Part shown: positions 25,401 through 37,969 of the stretch, in pieces
Layout: each line of letters begins with the position of its first letter
Position numbering within the stretch: the stretch's first letter is position 1
DNA from: Asterias rubens
Lineage: Eukaryota
NCBI RefSeq assembly: GCF_902459465.1
Contig: NC_047074.1
Location: 372,001 to 436,000 of the forward strand
Length of the DNA: 64,000 nucleotides
Direction: 5' to 3'
Position numbers and translations under genes: made by a program
The notes under the pieces: generated by a model
What the model was told of the DNA's origin: nothing
The model's database searches: none
What the model saw: the letters and a program-made list of their open reading frames with translations, nothing else

Positions 25401-28400
25401 TTGCTTGCCACTACCTAAAACACTGACTATTCATATTGCTTCAAATCTTATAGTCCCATGCTAATTGCTAGTACATTGGAAGAAAATATGTATCTGGAAA
25501 AAAACCCCAGCTAATTTACTCTTACTATAGAGCTCTTATCGGCCAGACATAAAACAGTCTGAATTCCAATAAAAAGTCTGAAAATTCTCATACAATGTAC
25601 TTGTAAATTTAACTTAATTTGAATACAAACACTTTATTTTGGGTAAAGTGTAATTCAATTCTTGCGTGTTTTTGAAAGTGAAAGCGCCAATTTTGATTCC
25701 ATTATATTTGTGTTGCAAATTACGTGGGGACTAAAGTATTTTTTCATTTGAGACTTGCGTGATCTGTTCATAATACATGACATCACCAGAGTTAAATTTG
25801 TCAGTGGATCATCGATGTACATTGATGCTCCATATAAAACACTCCCATATGTTTTACTCTACTATTATTCTTACACGTCGTTAACCGACGCTTTACCAAA
25901 TTACCCTCATCTGCCATCCATAGGCAATCATTCAAACAGAATAGTGGAATCCTCATCGAGCACGAATGGTATAAAACAGGTTGTGTTAATTCCAACGTGT
26001 TGAATGAAATTGATAATCATCACACCATATTTGTTTAGTTAAACTCTACAGTGGCATACATAATTGCAACAGCCAGCTGCGAAGGTCAAACTAGGGGAAA
26101 TTGTTACATCATTTAATGAAGAAGCGTTAGGAGAATTTGTCTCATTCTCCCTGCATCCTATAATAAATTCCATGCCTCAAAATAACCCACAGCAATTGCA
26201 GTGGTGCCCTGTGCTTTTACTGTGTTGCCCTGTGCTTTTACTGTGTTGCCCTGTGCTTTTACTGTGTTGCCCTTTCAATGCATTGTCCTCATTGAAGTGC
26301 CCCTTATACCATAAGGAAAAAAAGAGCAAAGTGCAAGGGCTAGAAAAAGGGACCAGCATTTTTTTTATTTTTTTTTATTAGATAAAATTAGTTTCCTTGT
26401 GTACTGACATAGAAATTCCTCAGATTCACACTAAATGTCTTACCATTCCCACCAGAGACCAATTACATGGTGTTATGCTTGCCACACAAATTCTGTCCAT
26501 AAAATTACACAATTTCTTAGGGCAAGGTTAGCATAAAACTCTATTCTGAACAATTTTAGTCCAGTAAATATTTTTAAACTACAAGTCCAGCAGTCCTGTG
26601 GACCCCCCCCCCCAAATTGTGGCTAGAGTCTGTAAGACTGTAAATAAATTGATTATTTTACAAACTCTGACTCATTAGCAACAATCCCTGTTGTATGAAG
26701 CTCTTTTTGTATCTCAAACAACGCTCTAAGGTAAGAATCCTTTACATTTTACCCCATGACTAATCCCTAAACACAAAGCTGCTATTGTACTCTCACAAAT
26801 ATTGCAATTTGACAGTGGGGGACTGGGTCATATGACAAACTGTAACCCGTCACCAGCAAAACCCAGACCACAAAAATGTATACATTCTGTAGCGCTATAA
26901 TACAATGCCAGTAACACTGTCCAGTAAGGCCACTGAGTTCAAATTAAACATTGCACACACTGAAGCCCAACAGTGCATAATGAACTTGATGTGCAGTCAG
27001 TTGGAACATGAAATTCCATCAAGATAAATCATTTTATTTCCTAGAAATATTCCTAATAGATGAAAATCTAATATTTTAAAATAACATCCTTATTAGATGA
27101 CAACTGTTTTCAAAGTGAATTTGAAAATAGATTTTATAGTGTCATGTTTAAAGAATGATAATAACTTCAAAACGTATAGATGATGTCATACTGTTTACAA
27201 CAAGAATGACCTTGAGAATACATCTGCGTGCTATTAAAGTTGTGTGCACATTAAAGGTGCAGTATGTATTACGTTGGGGTTTTAACCACACATTCATTCC
27301 ATTCCTGTAGCTTTCAACAAAGGAATTGTTACCACAGAGCAAGCATTGCACAACTCTACCCAACCTGTAGAAACTTAATAAACTAAGTTGCACATGTGAT
27401 ACATTTAGGACTACACTGTAGTTTTGTTTTGTCACATGATGTGCTCCTTTCAAGTGCTCCGTTGAAGTTGGCATAATAAGTTTTTATGAACAATCTTCTG
27501 GATTTGTTGAAACACAATCTTGTCTGCTCTGTCCTTGTTTTATCTCCAGTTCAAACTAGCGTATGTTTTCATGGAGCTATAACTTGATGTTTCTTTTGAT
27601 TTTTAAGTTGGGACAAACAACCTCATGGTCAAACTTAATTTTTACAACTTGTTCGAAGTTCCAGCCTAAAGTTCAGGTAACTACACAATTGTAGCCTGCA
27701 AACCTTTCCACAGTCACCTTGTTCTATGGTTTGAACAATATAACCAGGAATGTCAAGTATGGGGTCATTGAGACCAGCTGCCAAAGTATGGATTCCAAGC
27801 TATGTAACAGGCGTTCAACCATCTAACAGGATTTTTGTGGATTTGACAAATGCCAAGGCTTTTGGGTAATTCCTTGAAGGATTAAGTTTGGATTTCAAGC
27901 TACCATTTGAGCATTCTTGATTACATACAAATATGTGTGTACAGGGAAGGCAAGGCAAGGTTCTCCATGGTCTGAGCAATTTCTCCAAGGACGGCCAAAT
28001 TAAATTTTCAAGGAAGTGCAGGTAAAACTGGATGAGGCAAGTTGCCAAGAAACCTACAAAAACAAATACCCAAACTTTTAAGGTATAGGAATGTAGCTTT
28101 TGTCCCCAAAAAGTTTGTTTTTTTCAAAGAGTTTATTGGACTTTTGCCACAGCAAAGCTTTTTACCAATACTACACTTCTCAGAAAAAGGAATTTTACAA
28201 GTAAACAACAGTATTTTTCATCCTTGATAAATTAGGGTCAGATGGGTATAAAGTACAAGTGTACTAAAGTCAACCCTCGTAACAAAGATTCAGTGAAGAG
28301 ATCTGCTTCTTAAGAGTACATTCTGATGTCCTTAACCTCATACTGCTTTGTGTTTCTGTGTCTTGCTGTCATCTTACAAAATCATTCCTGTTATAAGACA

Positions 28401-30741
28401 GAGGTAATTTGGCCAGGCCCAGCCTGTTACAATAACGAGCGTAGGATGTAGTGTACATGTAGTAACAGTTGGGCCTTAATAGAGAAAATAGCCTACATTT
28501 TAGCAAACATCTAGTCTCATTATATATGGTCCACTCTGTGTCTAGCTGGCTGGAACCATGCATGAACAATAGAGCAACGGCTGAACCAATTTCCTTCTTC
28601 CCTTGCACAACCAACATTGTATGAGATAACACAGGTAGTTGTGAGATTATGGTAGATGATAAACTGAAATGCCATCAAAATGATGAGTTCTTTGTTCATT
28701 TTTACAAATGAAGGTCGAAGCCAATCCTGACAAACCAGTGATACAAATAAATCTTATTTTGTGAAAAAAATGTTAATTTAAAAAAATAGTTAATGGCCTA
28801 TGTTTTGCATTCAACCATAGGTCCTTTCGGTTAATTATATTTTCTCTATTTTTTAATTTGGTTGATCTTTGTCCTTTCTCTACAATCTTTGTAATCAGTG
28901 AGCAGGCTGGCTTACTATTGGTGATAAGAAACAAGGCCACTAAACTGAATTGTTGTAACTTTGGGAGAGAGGTGAGAGGTGGGGGGGGGGGGGGGGTATC
29001 CATATTTCTTGAAACCAGTCTGTTTTGGCAATGTTCACTAATAACCCACATTCCAGTCATCAAGTCTGGTGCTGATAAGACACCCTCCAATAGAAACCTG
29101 AACTCAAAGATACTTCATAATGACTACCCAATACTTCCTGTCAGTAACCCTCAAATATTGGAACCTTGCATCACCCCCGGGGATACGCTGATAATTTTCC
29201 AGATCTAAATTCCACGCCTTGCCCGCTCAATTTCTGACCCACTTTCCCGCCAGGGTGGACAATTCATAACAGATATTTGAGTTTCTTAATTGGTATTCAA
29301 TCAGGTGGCTATGTTGATTGCAATAAGTGCCTCATGTCTGAAGGGTCTTGGGTCTTGGGACTCATACTTTATTCAAATCAACAACTTGTGCACAGATTAC
29401 CGTGAAATCAACCATGGACAAAACTAAAAACATCTGTATTGGATTTATACATGTTTTGGAAGTAAACACTTGCAAATATTAAAAACGTGGATTACTATAT
29501 TTTTTTTTAAATAAGTGAGCTAGGCCCTTTAGTATAGTGCAATTTGGCTACAAATACATGATGGCACAAAGTCAAACTTTTAAACCATCAATCTCGGATT
29601 GAAACTTCACAAGGTGTGGACATGAGTACTTAGCTATAAATAGTAAAATTGCAAGTTTGTGTCAAATCTCTTTTAGGAGGAGTGTTGGCTATCTTTTAAC
29701 TAAATTCAAAGTTTAAACAACTTTTTTTGCCATCAGTTTTTAAAAGTTTTATTTAGCACTTTATGAAACATCTTACCTGTACAAAACATTGTTACAGTAT
29801 GTTCTCAATCTTTTAAATTGAGCTTGTTTATAGTTGATGAATAATTCTTACCTTGTTGTTGTTGTCGTTGTCGTGGTTTCAAACATACTTGATGACTCAG
29901 AAGACTTAGATTTCATATTGTAAGATCCGCTGAAGAAAGTTGAACTGTCTCCGCCATCGCTGCTCTGAGAATCACGATCACTGAGCCTCGAAGAGGAAGG
30001 TGATGAGGTCGAACCACCAGGGTACCTCGGAGGCGGCGGTCTCTCAGAAGAAAAGTTTGGCGATAATTCAGAGTCACTTAAATCACTAACTTCGACGGAT
30101 GGGCTCGTATTTTTAAGTCCAAACTCACGAACAAGGCTTTCCATGATGCTTCCTCCGGATCGGGCACTTGCGGACGAAGAGGAAAATACGGATTGAGAGT
30201 CTAGACGTGAACTTTGCACGTTCTCATGAGAGGAACTCTTATGTCTTGTTTCGGCCCCTCGGTCATGAGACAAGGAACCAGACTGTGGAAGACTTTCCAT
30301 ACTCTTAGAGGAATTGTTACAGGAGATGTTTAATGCACTGAGTTTATTAGCAGTTTGTGGGATATGGAGTAACTCATATTTTGAGCTGTCACCCATCGCC
30401 CCTTGCGAGAAGAACGCCATTTCTTTATCACTAAGGAAGTCCTGACTCTTCGTGGGCTTATGTTGAAGAATACGTCCATCGCTCGTCCGCAGGAATAATT
30501 GTTCCTCACTTTTCATCGGTTTGTGTTGCACCATAGGAGAGAGATGAGGGAACCCTCCGACACCACTCCCACTATTCCACGCTCGATGCGCAGACGGCGC
30601 CCTCGTTTGTTTGTCCTGCAGTAAGTCCAGCAGTCGTAGCTCCTTCTCGCCTCCGCCATTATTGCACTTGCCCTCCATTGAAACAAAATTTAGAAGTAGG
30701 TATCTCGGTACTGTATTGTCGTCCTCTGGTTTAAGGATCAT
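19453..30741 (-). CDS. AMOT: Angiomotin-family protein (Hippo/YAP scaffold), about 828 aa; terminal exon tentative
   Basis: Exons 29852-30741, 25004-25184, 23857-24001, 23298-23417, 22663-22808, 22376-22525, 21900-22025, 21711-21775, 21308-21427, 20600-21021, 20111-20202, and tentatively 19453-19482; all phases are compatible. Angiomotin coiled-coil signatures: MVEILSEENMSLRQELE, LSAQRATLSEQRQHIDVLDTALSNAQANVVKLQEE, RKRQVYVDKVSSLQ, LLKEREDAILRLESDVTKWEQRFLEE, KDTIIQVL. A PPxY motif (PPPPRY) lies in the first coding exon. Confidence 0.93.
26208..26274. repeat. 21-bp minisatellite x3
   Basis: (gccctgtgcttttactgtgtt)3; explains the CCPVLLL-repeat ORF at 26064-26381. Confidence 0.9.
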
Positions 30742-31695
30742 CTCAGAATAAGGACAGGAAGATTGGGTAGGATGCCTTTACTTCCAGCTGACAGTTTGTA
30801 ATAATAGATCCCAGTCAGAACTTACACCAGCAATGATTAAAATCTGTAGGAAATGAAATAATATGGTTAGACAGGAAATGGTACTTACAATGATAATGTC
30901 TCGGTCCTTAGGGAAGGCTTGATAAAAATCACTCTTTTTTTATCAAGGATGAAACCAGGTGGTAACAATAAACTTTGATGTAGTATTTAGACTATATTAG
31001 TAACTGGTAACCTTCTACTACTACTAGTCTAGTTTTAAACACATCGTTTTACTGGCACCATACGAAGAATTATCATCACAAAACATCCATGGATAACCAA
31101 ATCTAAACATTTGAATAACTTTCAACTAATATGTAGATCATGGAGGAAGGCAAAGATGTAGAGAGTACATAGAACTGTGCAGGATTCAAAAACATTCAAA
31201 TCAAATTAGGCTGTCCCCACAACCACACAAAAATATTTCAAACTTTCAACAATTACCAAATTCTTTGAAAGTTACCAGGATATTGCCAAACATTCTAATC
31301 TTGCAAACCAGCGTCCTGCTCCAAGTTTGCCACCATATTTCCTGCTGTCAGCTCACAACGATGAACCCACAATATTTCCAACAATTATACCGTCTTGGTG
31401 GTGGCTTGTTCAACTTACGGCTCTCCAAGTACACTGTACCGTGGAGGTAGAACGTCTAGCTGTACTACATACCTCAGTTACTTATCACATCAGTAATACC
31501 GTGAGAAACAGTCCACGCTAGCCCCACATTACTAACATGTTCCTCGCATGCCATAGAGTCCAACTTACTCCCAGTGGTGTAGATGAACCTAGTGGGCATA
31601 AGACCCTGAGATGGAATCAACCGAAGGTGATCTATGCACACTTTACACAACAACACTGATCCACAAACCCGCCTGTACGCATAGCCCTAGTCCAC

Positions 31696-31736
31696 CAACC
31701 TGGACTCCGCCAACCTGGACTCCGCCAACCTGGACA
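31696..31736. repeat. 15-bp tandem repeat x2.7
   Basis: (ccaacctggactccg)n. Confidence 0.85.
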
Positions 31737-34013
31737 GGCATGGAATGTAAGAATGCCTATGATAATATTCTAAGTAAATTCTTGGCTGTGGTGTTGCAGG
31801 CTAGGCCATTCTTTACTCCTGGCATATTTTGATAGTACGTGTTTGAAATAAATGCAAGTGCATGCATTTTTAACTTTGATATTTACTTGTTAATGTTTAC
31901 TGGGTGATTGGAATTCAGAAGCTTAATTGGGAGGGATGGATGAGTTTTTTACCCTTGATGTGGTAATGTTCCAGTATTTTATATAAATGATAAAAATAGA
32001 TACATAAATGACAGAGAATATTACTTTCAGTTTCTGCCTGAAGTACAGTCATGGGTGGTCATATTGTAGTAGAAAACTTCAACAATTTCAACTCAAGTTT
32101 TAAAGCTGTATCATCATTTTGTTTTTCTGTTTCTGATGGCCCAAGTTTTAAAGAGTTATTGCTGGTGGGGTGCGTTCCCAGAAGCACAATGATGATAAAC
32201 AATGACTTAAACAAATAAAAGTCTCCGTCTTTCTTTTTCATTTGAGCCCAATTTTCGTAGCAAAGGCTTTAAATACAGCCTGGTACAATACTTCACACAT
32301 CTATAGCCTACATTTGGTTATTGCCTCAGTGCCCTTTGAAATGTTCCAGATAAAACACTCATTTCTCTAAAGAGGTGACCATAACTTCAGGAAAAACTGT
32401 CCAACCCTTCTAAAATGAGTGAAGTAATAGGGCTAATTCAATTCTGCAATTTAAGATTCAATTAAGAATTATCACCTTTTATTATAATTTTTTTATCAAA
32501 ACCTTGGGGTGAGTTGATTCTCACACTTTGGATTAATTCTCCTTTCGAAGAATTCAATGAATTCATCTACGTGCAGAAAGTCTCTCACAAAAAGTTCCCA
32601 TCCTTTTAAAACATTCCACAGACTTCCTTAAGACAAGAAAAACTGCAAGATGGTAATTCTCATCATAACGCAAACAAATTTCTCCACTCTTGTACATGAA
32701 TTATGATTTTCAAAGCACTGACCCTTATAAATCTTAGTCATGTTTCTTGCGACAGGAAGCCGTGACAATGGAGGGTCCCAGAGCAGGAATGTGGTCCAGC
32801 CGTGGGGTTCAATCGCAAGGTCACGTTGTCACAACATGCGACTGACCGGAATTCAACAGACCCAATTTGATTCATTGGCAACTTTACATGGGATAAATTG
32901 AAAAGGAATTTTTTCATAAGTGAACTTTCCTTTTCGGGTTTTGTTCTGTGAACGACAGGTATCGTTCGATGAGTGTTGTGAGAGAATTCCCTGACTTATT
33001 ATAATTTAAAAAGGAAAGGTAGATCAAGGAAACCTAAATCATCTCACAAGGAGGTATTGGATGTCATCTAGATCCAACATAACTCCAGAATAACTTAAGT
33101 TACAGTGACTCAAGTAATAACAACTGAAGGGCGTTTTGTAAGTTTATTGTGCATCAAAATAGTTTGTAATATTTGTAAAGTCACTTTTATACTAAACTGT
33201 GATACACACACTTTAGCACACAGAGTTGTTGAGACTTCCTATTATTCCCTTTCCTAACTAATCACGTTGTGGGGACCCAGATTTAACAAATAAAAAAGTT
33301 GTGGAACCTTTGTTCCATTGTGTAAGTCCCCACATCTTCGAGCATGCCAACCCCAAAATATTAAAACATCACATTTCTACTAGACTTATTCTATTCCAGT
33401 ACAGTCAACATATTATGTTCCCGAGTCTGGATACAAGGTCTCTAAAACTTTAAGAAACACAAGAACTTGGAGTTTGTTTTAAAGGGGTAAACACTTCACA
33501 AAGGCTGAAAGACTAAACAATGCACAAAGGCCTACGGCATACTTAGTGTTAGCTAGAGGGGTGTCTGGGTGTCTTTTGACACCCTGTTTTATTTGTCCTT
33601 TATACATTTTTCTTTGACAATTTGGACACCAAGTTTTAAACTTTCCAGCAAATATTCATACCCTCTTATCAAATCCTGGCATGTGATATTGTATGTTAAG
33701 TTGCCGGACAGACAAGACTGACAAACATGCCCTAGTGAGTCACTACTGTACTGACCAGTAGTGACCAATCCAGCCGTTCCTGGCCACTGACCATTGCCCT
33801 CGCCCTGTATTCCTAGCCACAATAACTGTGGACTTTATCTTATCATGAGCCTCCCCGTTATCTTCTCCCGCATTCCAGGATGCTCCATGGTCAACAAATA
33901 GTTGTATTTCCTCATCAGACTTTAACCACATCGAGTAGGGTAGAGTTCAGACAGTGTAAAGTATTCCAACGGCTAGCCCTGTCTGAGTGGTGCAGTATCA
34001 TCACTCCTGTCAA

Positions 34014-34246
34014 GGGCCCAATTTCATGGCTCTGCTTACCGCCAAGATCTACGGTTACGATCACCATTCTCCAAATTTCTGGGCTAGGTGTGTGAAAGAG
34101 GAATGCCTCGTAACGTGGAGTACGCACACGCACAAGCAAAAATTCCTTGCTAACCAGCGAAATAAGCTTGACGTAAGCGATCCCTGCTTCTGTAAGTAAG
34201 CGCCGATTCTTTGCTTACGGTAAGCAGAGCCACGAAAAAAGGACCC
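34014..34246. mobile_element. MITE of the GGGCCCAATTTCAT family
   Basis: TIRs gggcccaatttcatggctctgcttaccg / cggtaagcagagccacgaaaaaaggaccc. A partial copy of the same subtype lies at 53398-53527. Confidence 0.8.
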
Positions 34247-36316
34247 TGAACTTAAGACACACCTCGCTGAATCAAGTTGACCGCTAACACAAAAAAGGAT
34301 ATTCCCTTCCTCTATTACTTAACTTACACCCTTACAAGTAAACTAGATGAAAGATCAGAAGATGTATCTAATATCTTCAATCCCAGCCATCATCCGACAA
34401 TATTCCAACTTGGTTTTCTTAACTGTCATTTCTATCATCTCTCATCCTCGGCTCATCTAAAAGCATTTACGTCATCCCTGAGCAAGTCTTACTGCAGCTG
34501 CTTACACAGCCTCTCTCCTTACAGAAGTTCTCATTACAATTAGCATCTCAATCTCAATGACATCTTGGGAAGGTTCCTCCTCATCAATGCCCTCTTCCTG
34601 CCTCATGGATTGAAAGTCTTAATTTATCCTTCTTTCATCACTTCTCACTCTATCTTTGCATCTTTTCTTAGGATAGTTAAGACTCCCCGAGCATTTATCC
34701 CTTGCACACTGTACTGTATGTATACTCCCACACCGTACAATGTTTCATCACATGGGCATCTTACTCTTATCTGAGGATATTAAGACTCCTTCAACATTTC
34801 TCCTTACGCCTAGTATCCCCTGCACACTCAGCAATCAGTCTCTCTCTCATCCATAATGTTTCATCACATCCCCTCTAAGTTTGCGTCTTCCTCCTATTAT
34901 TGGATGACGATTGAAGACTCCCCTGTATCCATCATCAATGAAACCATCTTATTTATTCACTGTCTCCTCATCCCTACTCCTTGAATGTAAAATGATGAGT
35001 ATCAAAGATGATGGCTATCTGTCTGCCCAACCCTCCTCCGTCCCTACTCAATGAACTCTCATAAACTACTCCTCTAACATTATAACTTATTTCCATCTCT
35101 TGCTCTTTATTGCATTTTATTATCATCAACTGATGAATATCCGTCTGCCCCCTTGTCTTCATCTGCTTTCCTCTTCTAATTTACTTTCTGCTCTTCTCAT
35201 TTATAATCATCTTTTCTCTAGATGACTGGCAAAACTTCCATTCCTTCATCCTTCCATCATCACTTTGAAAATGTTCTAAGATGTTAGAAGAGGCATTTTT
35301 ACCAGTCAGGTCTGCTCATCTCATGAGAAAAATGATTGTACACTGTAATCAGTTTCTCCAACATGACTTTACATCACTCTTCATTAGCATCTTAGATGTA
35401 GTCGTCTAAGATGAAGCAATCTACATGTACATGTTCACCTGTCTCCTGCACCCTACCCCCTGCTCTCCCAAACCACTCCTCTCCGCATCCCTCTTCCCCC
35501 AACCTCTCCTCTATCACGTTCTTATCTCCTCTGCTCCTGGATTCCAGGGAGGTTGTCTGAACTCTCGTTGCATTTTTCCCACGGCCCCAGAGTCCATAGT
35601 AAAGATGAGTTCCATTCCAAGATGCTGACTCATCAGCGAATGACGATTCAGGGAATTTAGGCCGGGCGCACGAGCCGAGGGTAACAACCACAAACATGAG
35701 AACATTCGCTTTGACAGATTTCTCAAAATGTTGCTTGTCAAAAAAAATGACAAATACATGAAATGTCATCTGCTGTTCTATCTCTGGCTACATAAGGAGA
35801 CAAAAAGATTGCACACCTCGTTCATGATGCCTTCTTCAGTATTAAAACAAAATTGTTGTTAAATTGTTTAATGAAGTAAAAGCAAACACTTGTCAAGGGA
35901 AGTCAAATTGAATTGCCTTCAAGCCCCTGTTAAATTCATGGCATCTGCAATGTTTATAGCTTGTAAAACAAAACTGCTGTTTACCAAGGAAATAATAGCT
36001 ACCTCCATTGTTTGATAATTCCCAGCATGTCACACTAGACAGATTTACATTTTTGTCTCAAAGGTCTGCAAAACAATCTCAAAAAGTGCAACCCTCTTAT
36101 GTACTTGTCAAACTCAAAGTAAACACTCTATATTCTATATCTCAATTTTAAAAACAATCAACAATGGTGGCTATGGTAATAACACAGTTCTTTTATAGCG
36201 CTTTTCACGCCCGAAGGCATCCTTAAGAGCTCATTATTTTTTTTGAAAAGCTATGTTTGGAATTATATCACCCATTTATGTAGCACCTTGTAACAGTTTA
36301 CCAGTGCTTGTATCAC

Positions 36317-36513
36317 TGGTCCCAATTTCATAAAGCCTGGAAGCACAACAAACTTGCTAAGCTTAGGAAAATCTTGCTTAGCAAAAACAGGTTACAAGCC
36401 ATTATTCCACCAAGTTTACATTAATGTAAAATGCTGCCGCACTCATCTTTTGCTTAGCAAATAAATTTGTTAAGCAGTATTTTCTGCTTAACAGCTTTAA
36501 GAAATTGGGCCCA
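36317..36513. mobile_element. MITE of the GGGCCCAATTTCAT family (second subtype)
   Basis: tggtcccaatttcataaagc...gctttaagaaattgggccca. Related whole or partial copies at about 165-299, 9685-9735, 19930-20058, 38222-38250, 63310-63382 and 63764-63895. Confidence 0.75.
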
Positions 36514-37687
36514 TTTTACAAGTGCTTGTAACACAAGTACAATGTACTGTGAAATTAGAGTACACAATCGTCTGCTTAGTAACAAAATTTATATTAGACT
36601 CTATTTTTTCAAAGACATTCGTAGGTGTGCGTAGGTACCATACATTCATAATACTGCATGCGTAAGTCACTGTGTACAACAACCTCACATACCAGAAATT
36701 CATCTTTTGCTTTTGGCTCACAAGGAATTTGAGCAATCCCTGGGGTATTAAAGACAAGGAGTCAGTAGCATGATTGACCTACCCTGCTTTAGAAAGGTCT
36801 GATCCCAAATAATGCCCTCTGGCGGACGGGTCAAGAGAGATATTTAATAATGCTTCATGCCACTTTATAGGTAGAAGTAGGGTACTGCTAGTTTACAAGA
36901 TTTAACAAATTTGCTCAAATTTTGTTCAACAACTGTGTTTAGATCGGTGCTAAAGAATATTATTTGGTTTTACCCATACACCTATTAAGCAATGTATACT
37001 CAGTACTTTCCTGAGTAATGTGTGGTATGTAGGCCATGTGTTGTGTGAATTTTAATCTTATTGTTTGCAGTGACTTTCGGTAAGCTTTACGGTTCTAATG
37101 AACGTGTGACATCTCCATAAACTTCAATTGTTGATTTTTTGTTCTACCACTACTTCAATTTAGAATCCATAGGGAAGTTCTGTTTGAAATCAACACAGGT
37201 TCTCAGACCTGGAATTACATCTTTGAGATCAGAGGGCCAGGCCGTTTTCATTTTGCAAAGGGAACTTCCAATTGGAAAATCTTTAGGGCCACTAAGGTCA
37301 AGAGCAGGGCAACAGAGGCCATGCCCTCCAAGTAAATCCAGGCATTGCAGAGATGCCAAGTCCAGAGGCCAGCTATGCGTCAGATTTTTCCGTTTTGTAT
37401 TGCATGCCTGTACGATCACATAGTAACCATGGTATTTGAAGCACTATTGCAAACATTACTTTTTCTATCATCGCGTAGTTCAAGACAAACTGAAGCACCA
37501 CCAACACTACTTTTTCAATCATCACGTAGTTGAAGATGAATTCGTAAACATTCAAGTACAGAGAGTAACAAAGCCACACCACATGATTAAGGCCCATCCC
37601 TGCGCTGCTACAAGATCAAAAGTGTATGGTTCGTCATAAATCATTTCATTGTGTACATGATGTATGACGTCTGCATACTCAATGTGT

Positions 37688-37969
37688 AAGGCCAAATAAA
37701 AAACAAACATGTTAGGCATCCCCCCTTTTTGAAAAAAGGAAAGAAAAGGGCCTTTTTTTCTTTTTCTTTTTTTCAAAATGGCTGTCTAAGACAAACAGCT
37801 GGGCTGTTTTTCAAAACTTTTTTTGCTGAGATCATTTAAATAAATCCTTTGTTTTCCAATTAAAAAAACAACAACAACGTTTTTATAAATGTTTGTTTTG
37901 TTTTAAAGGAGACGGCCTTTTAAAAGGAAGTGGGCGGGGACGCTAAACATGTTTTTATTTTGATTTGGC
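37688..37969. mobile_element. MITE with AGGCCAAAT termini
   Basis: aggccaaataaaaaacaaacatgtt ... aacatgtttttattttgatttggcct form imperfect TIRs. Confidence 0.6.

Noticed and set aside
28981-28996. G16 tract as a functional G-quadruplex (also several C9-C12 runs)
   Set aside because: Simple homopolymers next to A/T runs, with no contextual evidence of function.
34560-34925. Cluster of C/D-box snoRNAs (repeated GTGATGA)
   Set aside because: No CTGA D-box at a suitable 60-90-nt distance and no terminal stems.
35439-35787. Additional N-terminal coding exon of angiomotin (125-aa ORF)
   Set aside because: The best donor (phase 1) spliced to 30843 hits a stop after 9 codons and is out of frame with the CDS; at most a uORF.
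37139-37639. Overlapping ORFs on both strands in angiomotin intron 1
   Set aside because: No homology recognised and no flanking splice signals that join in frame.
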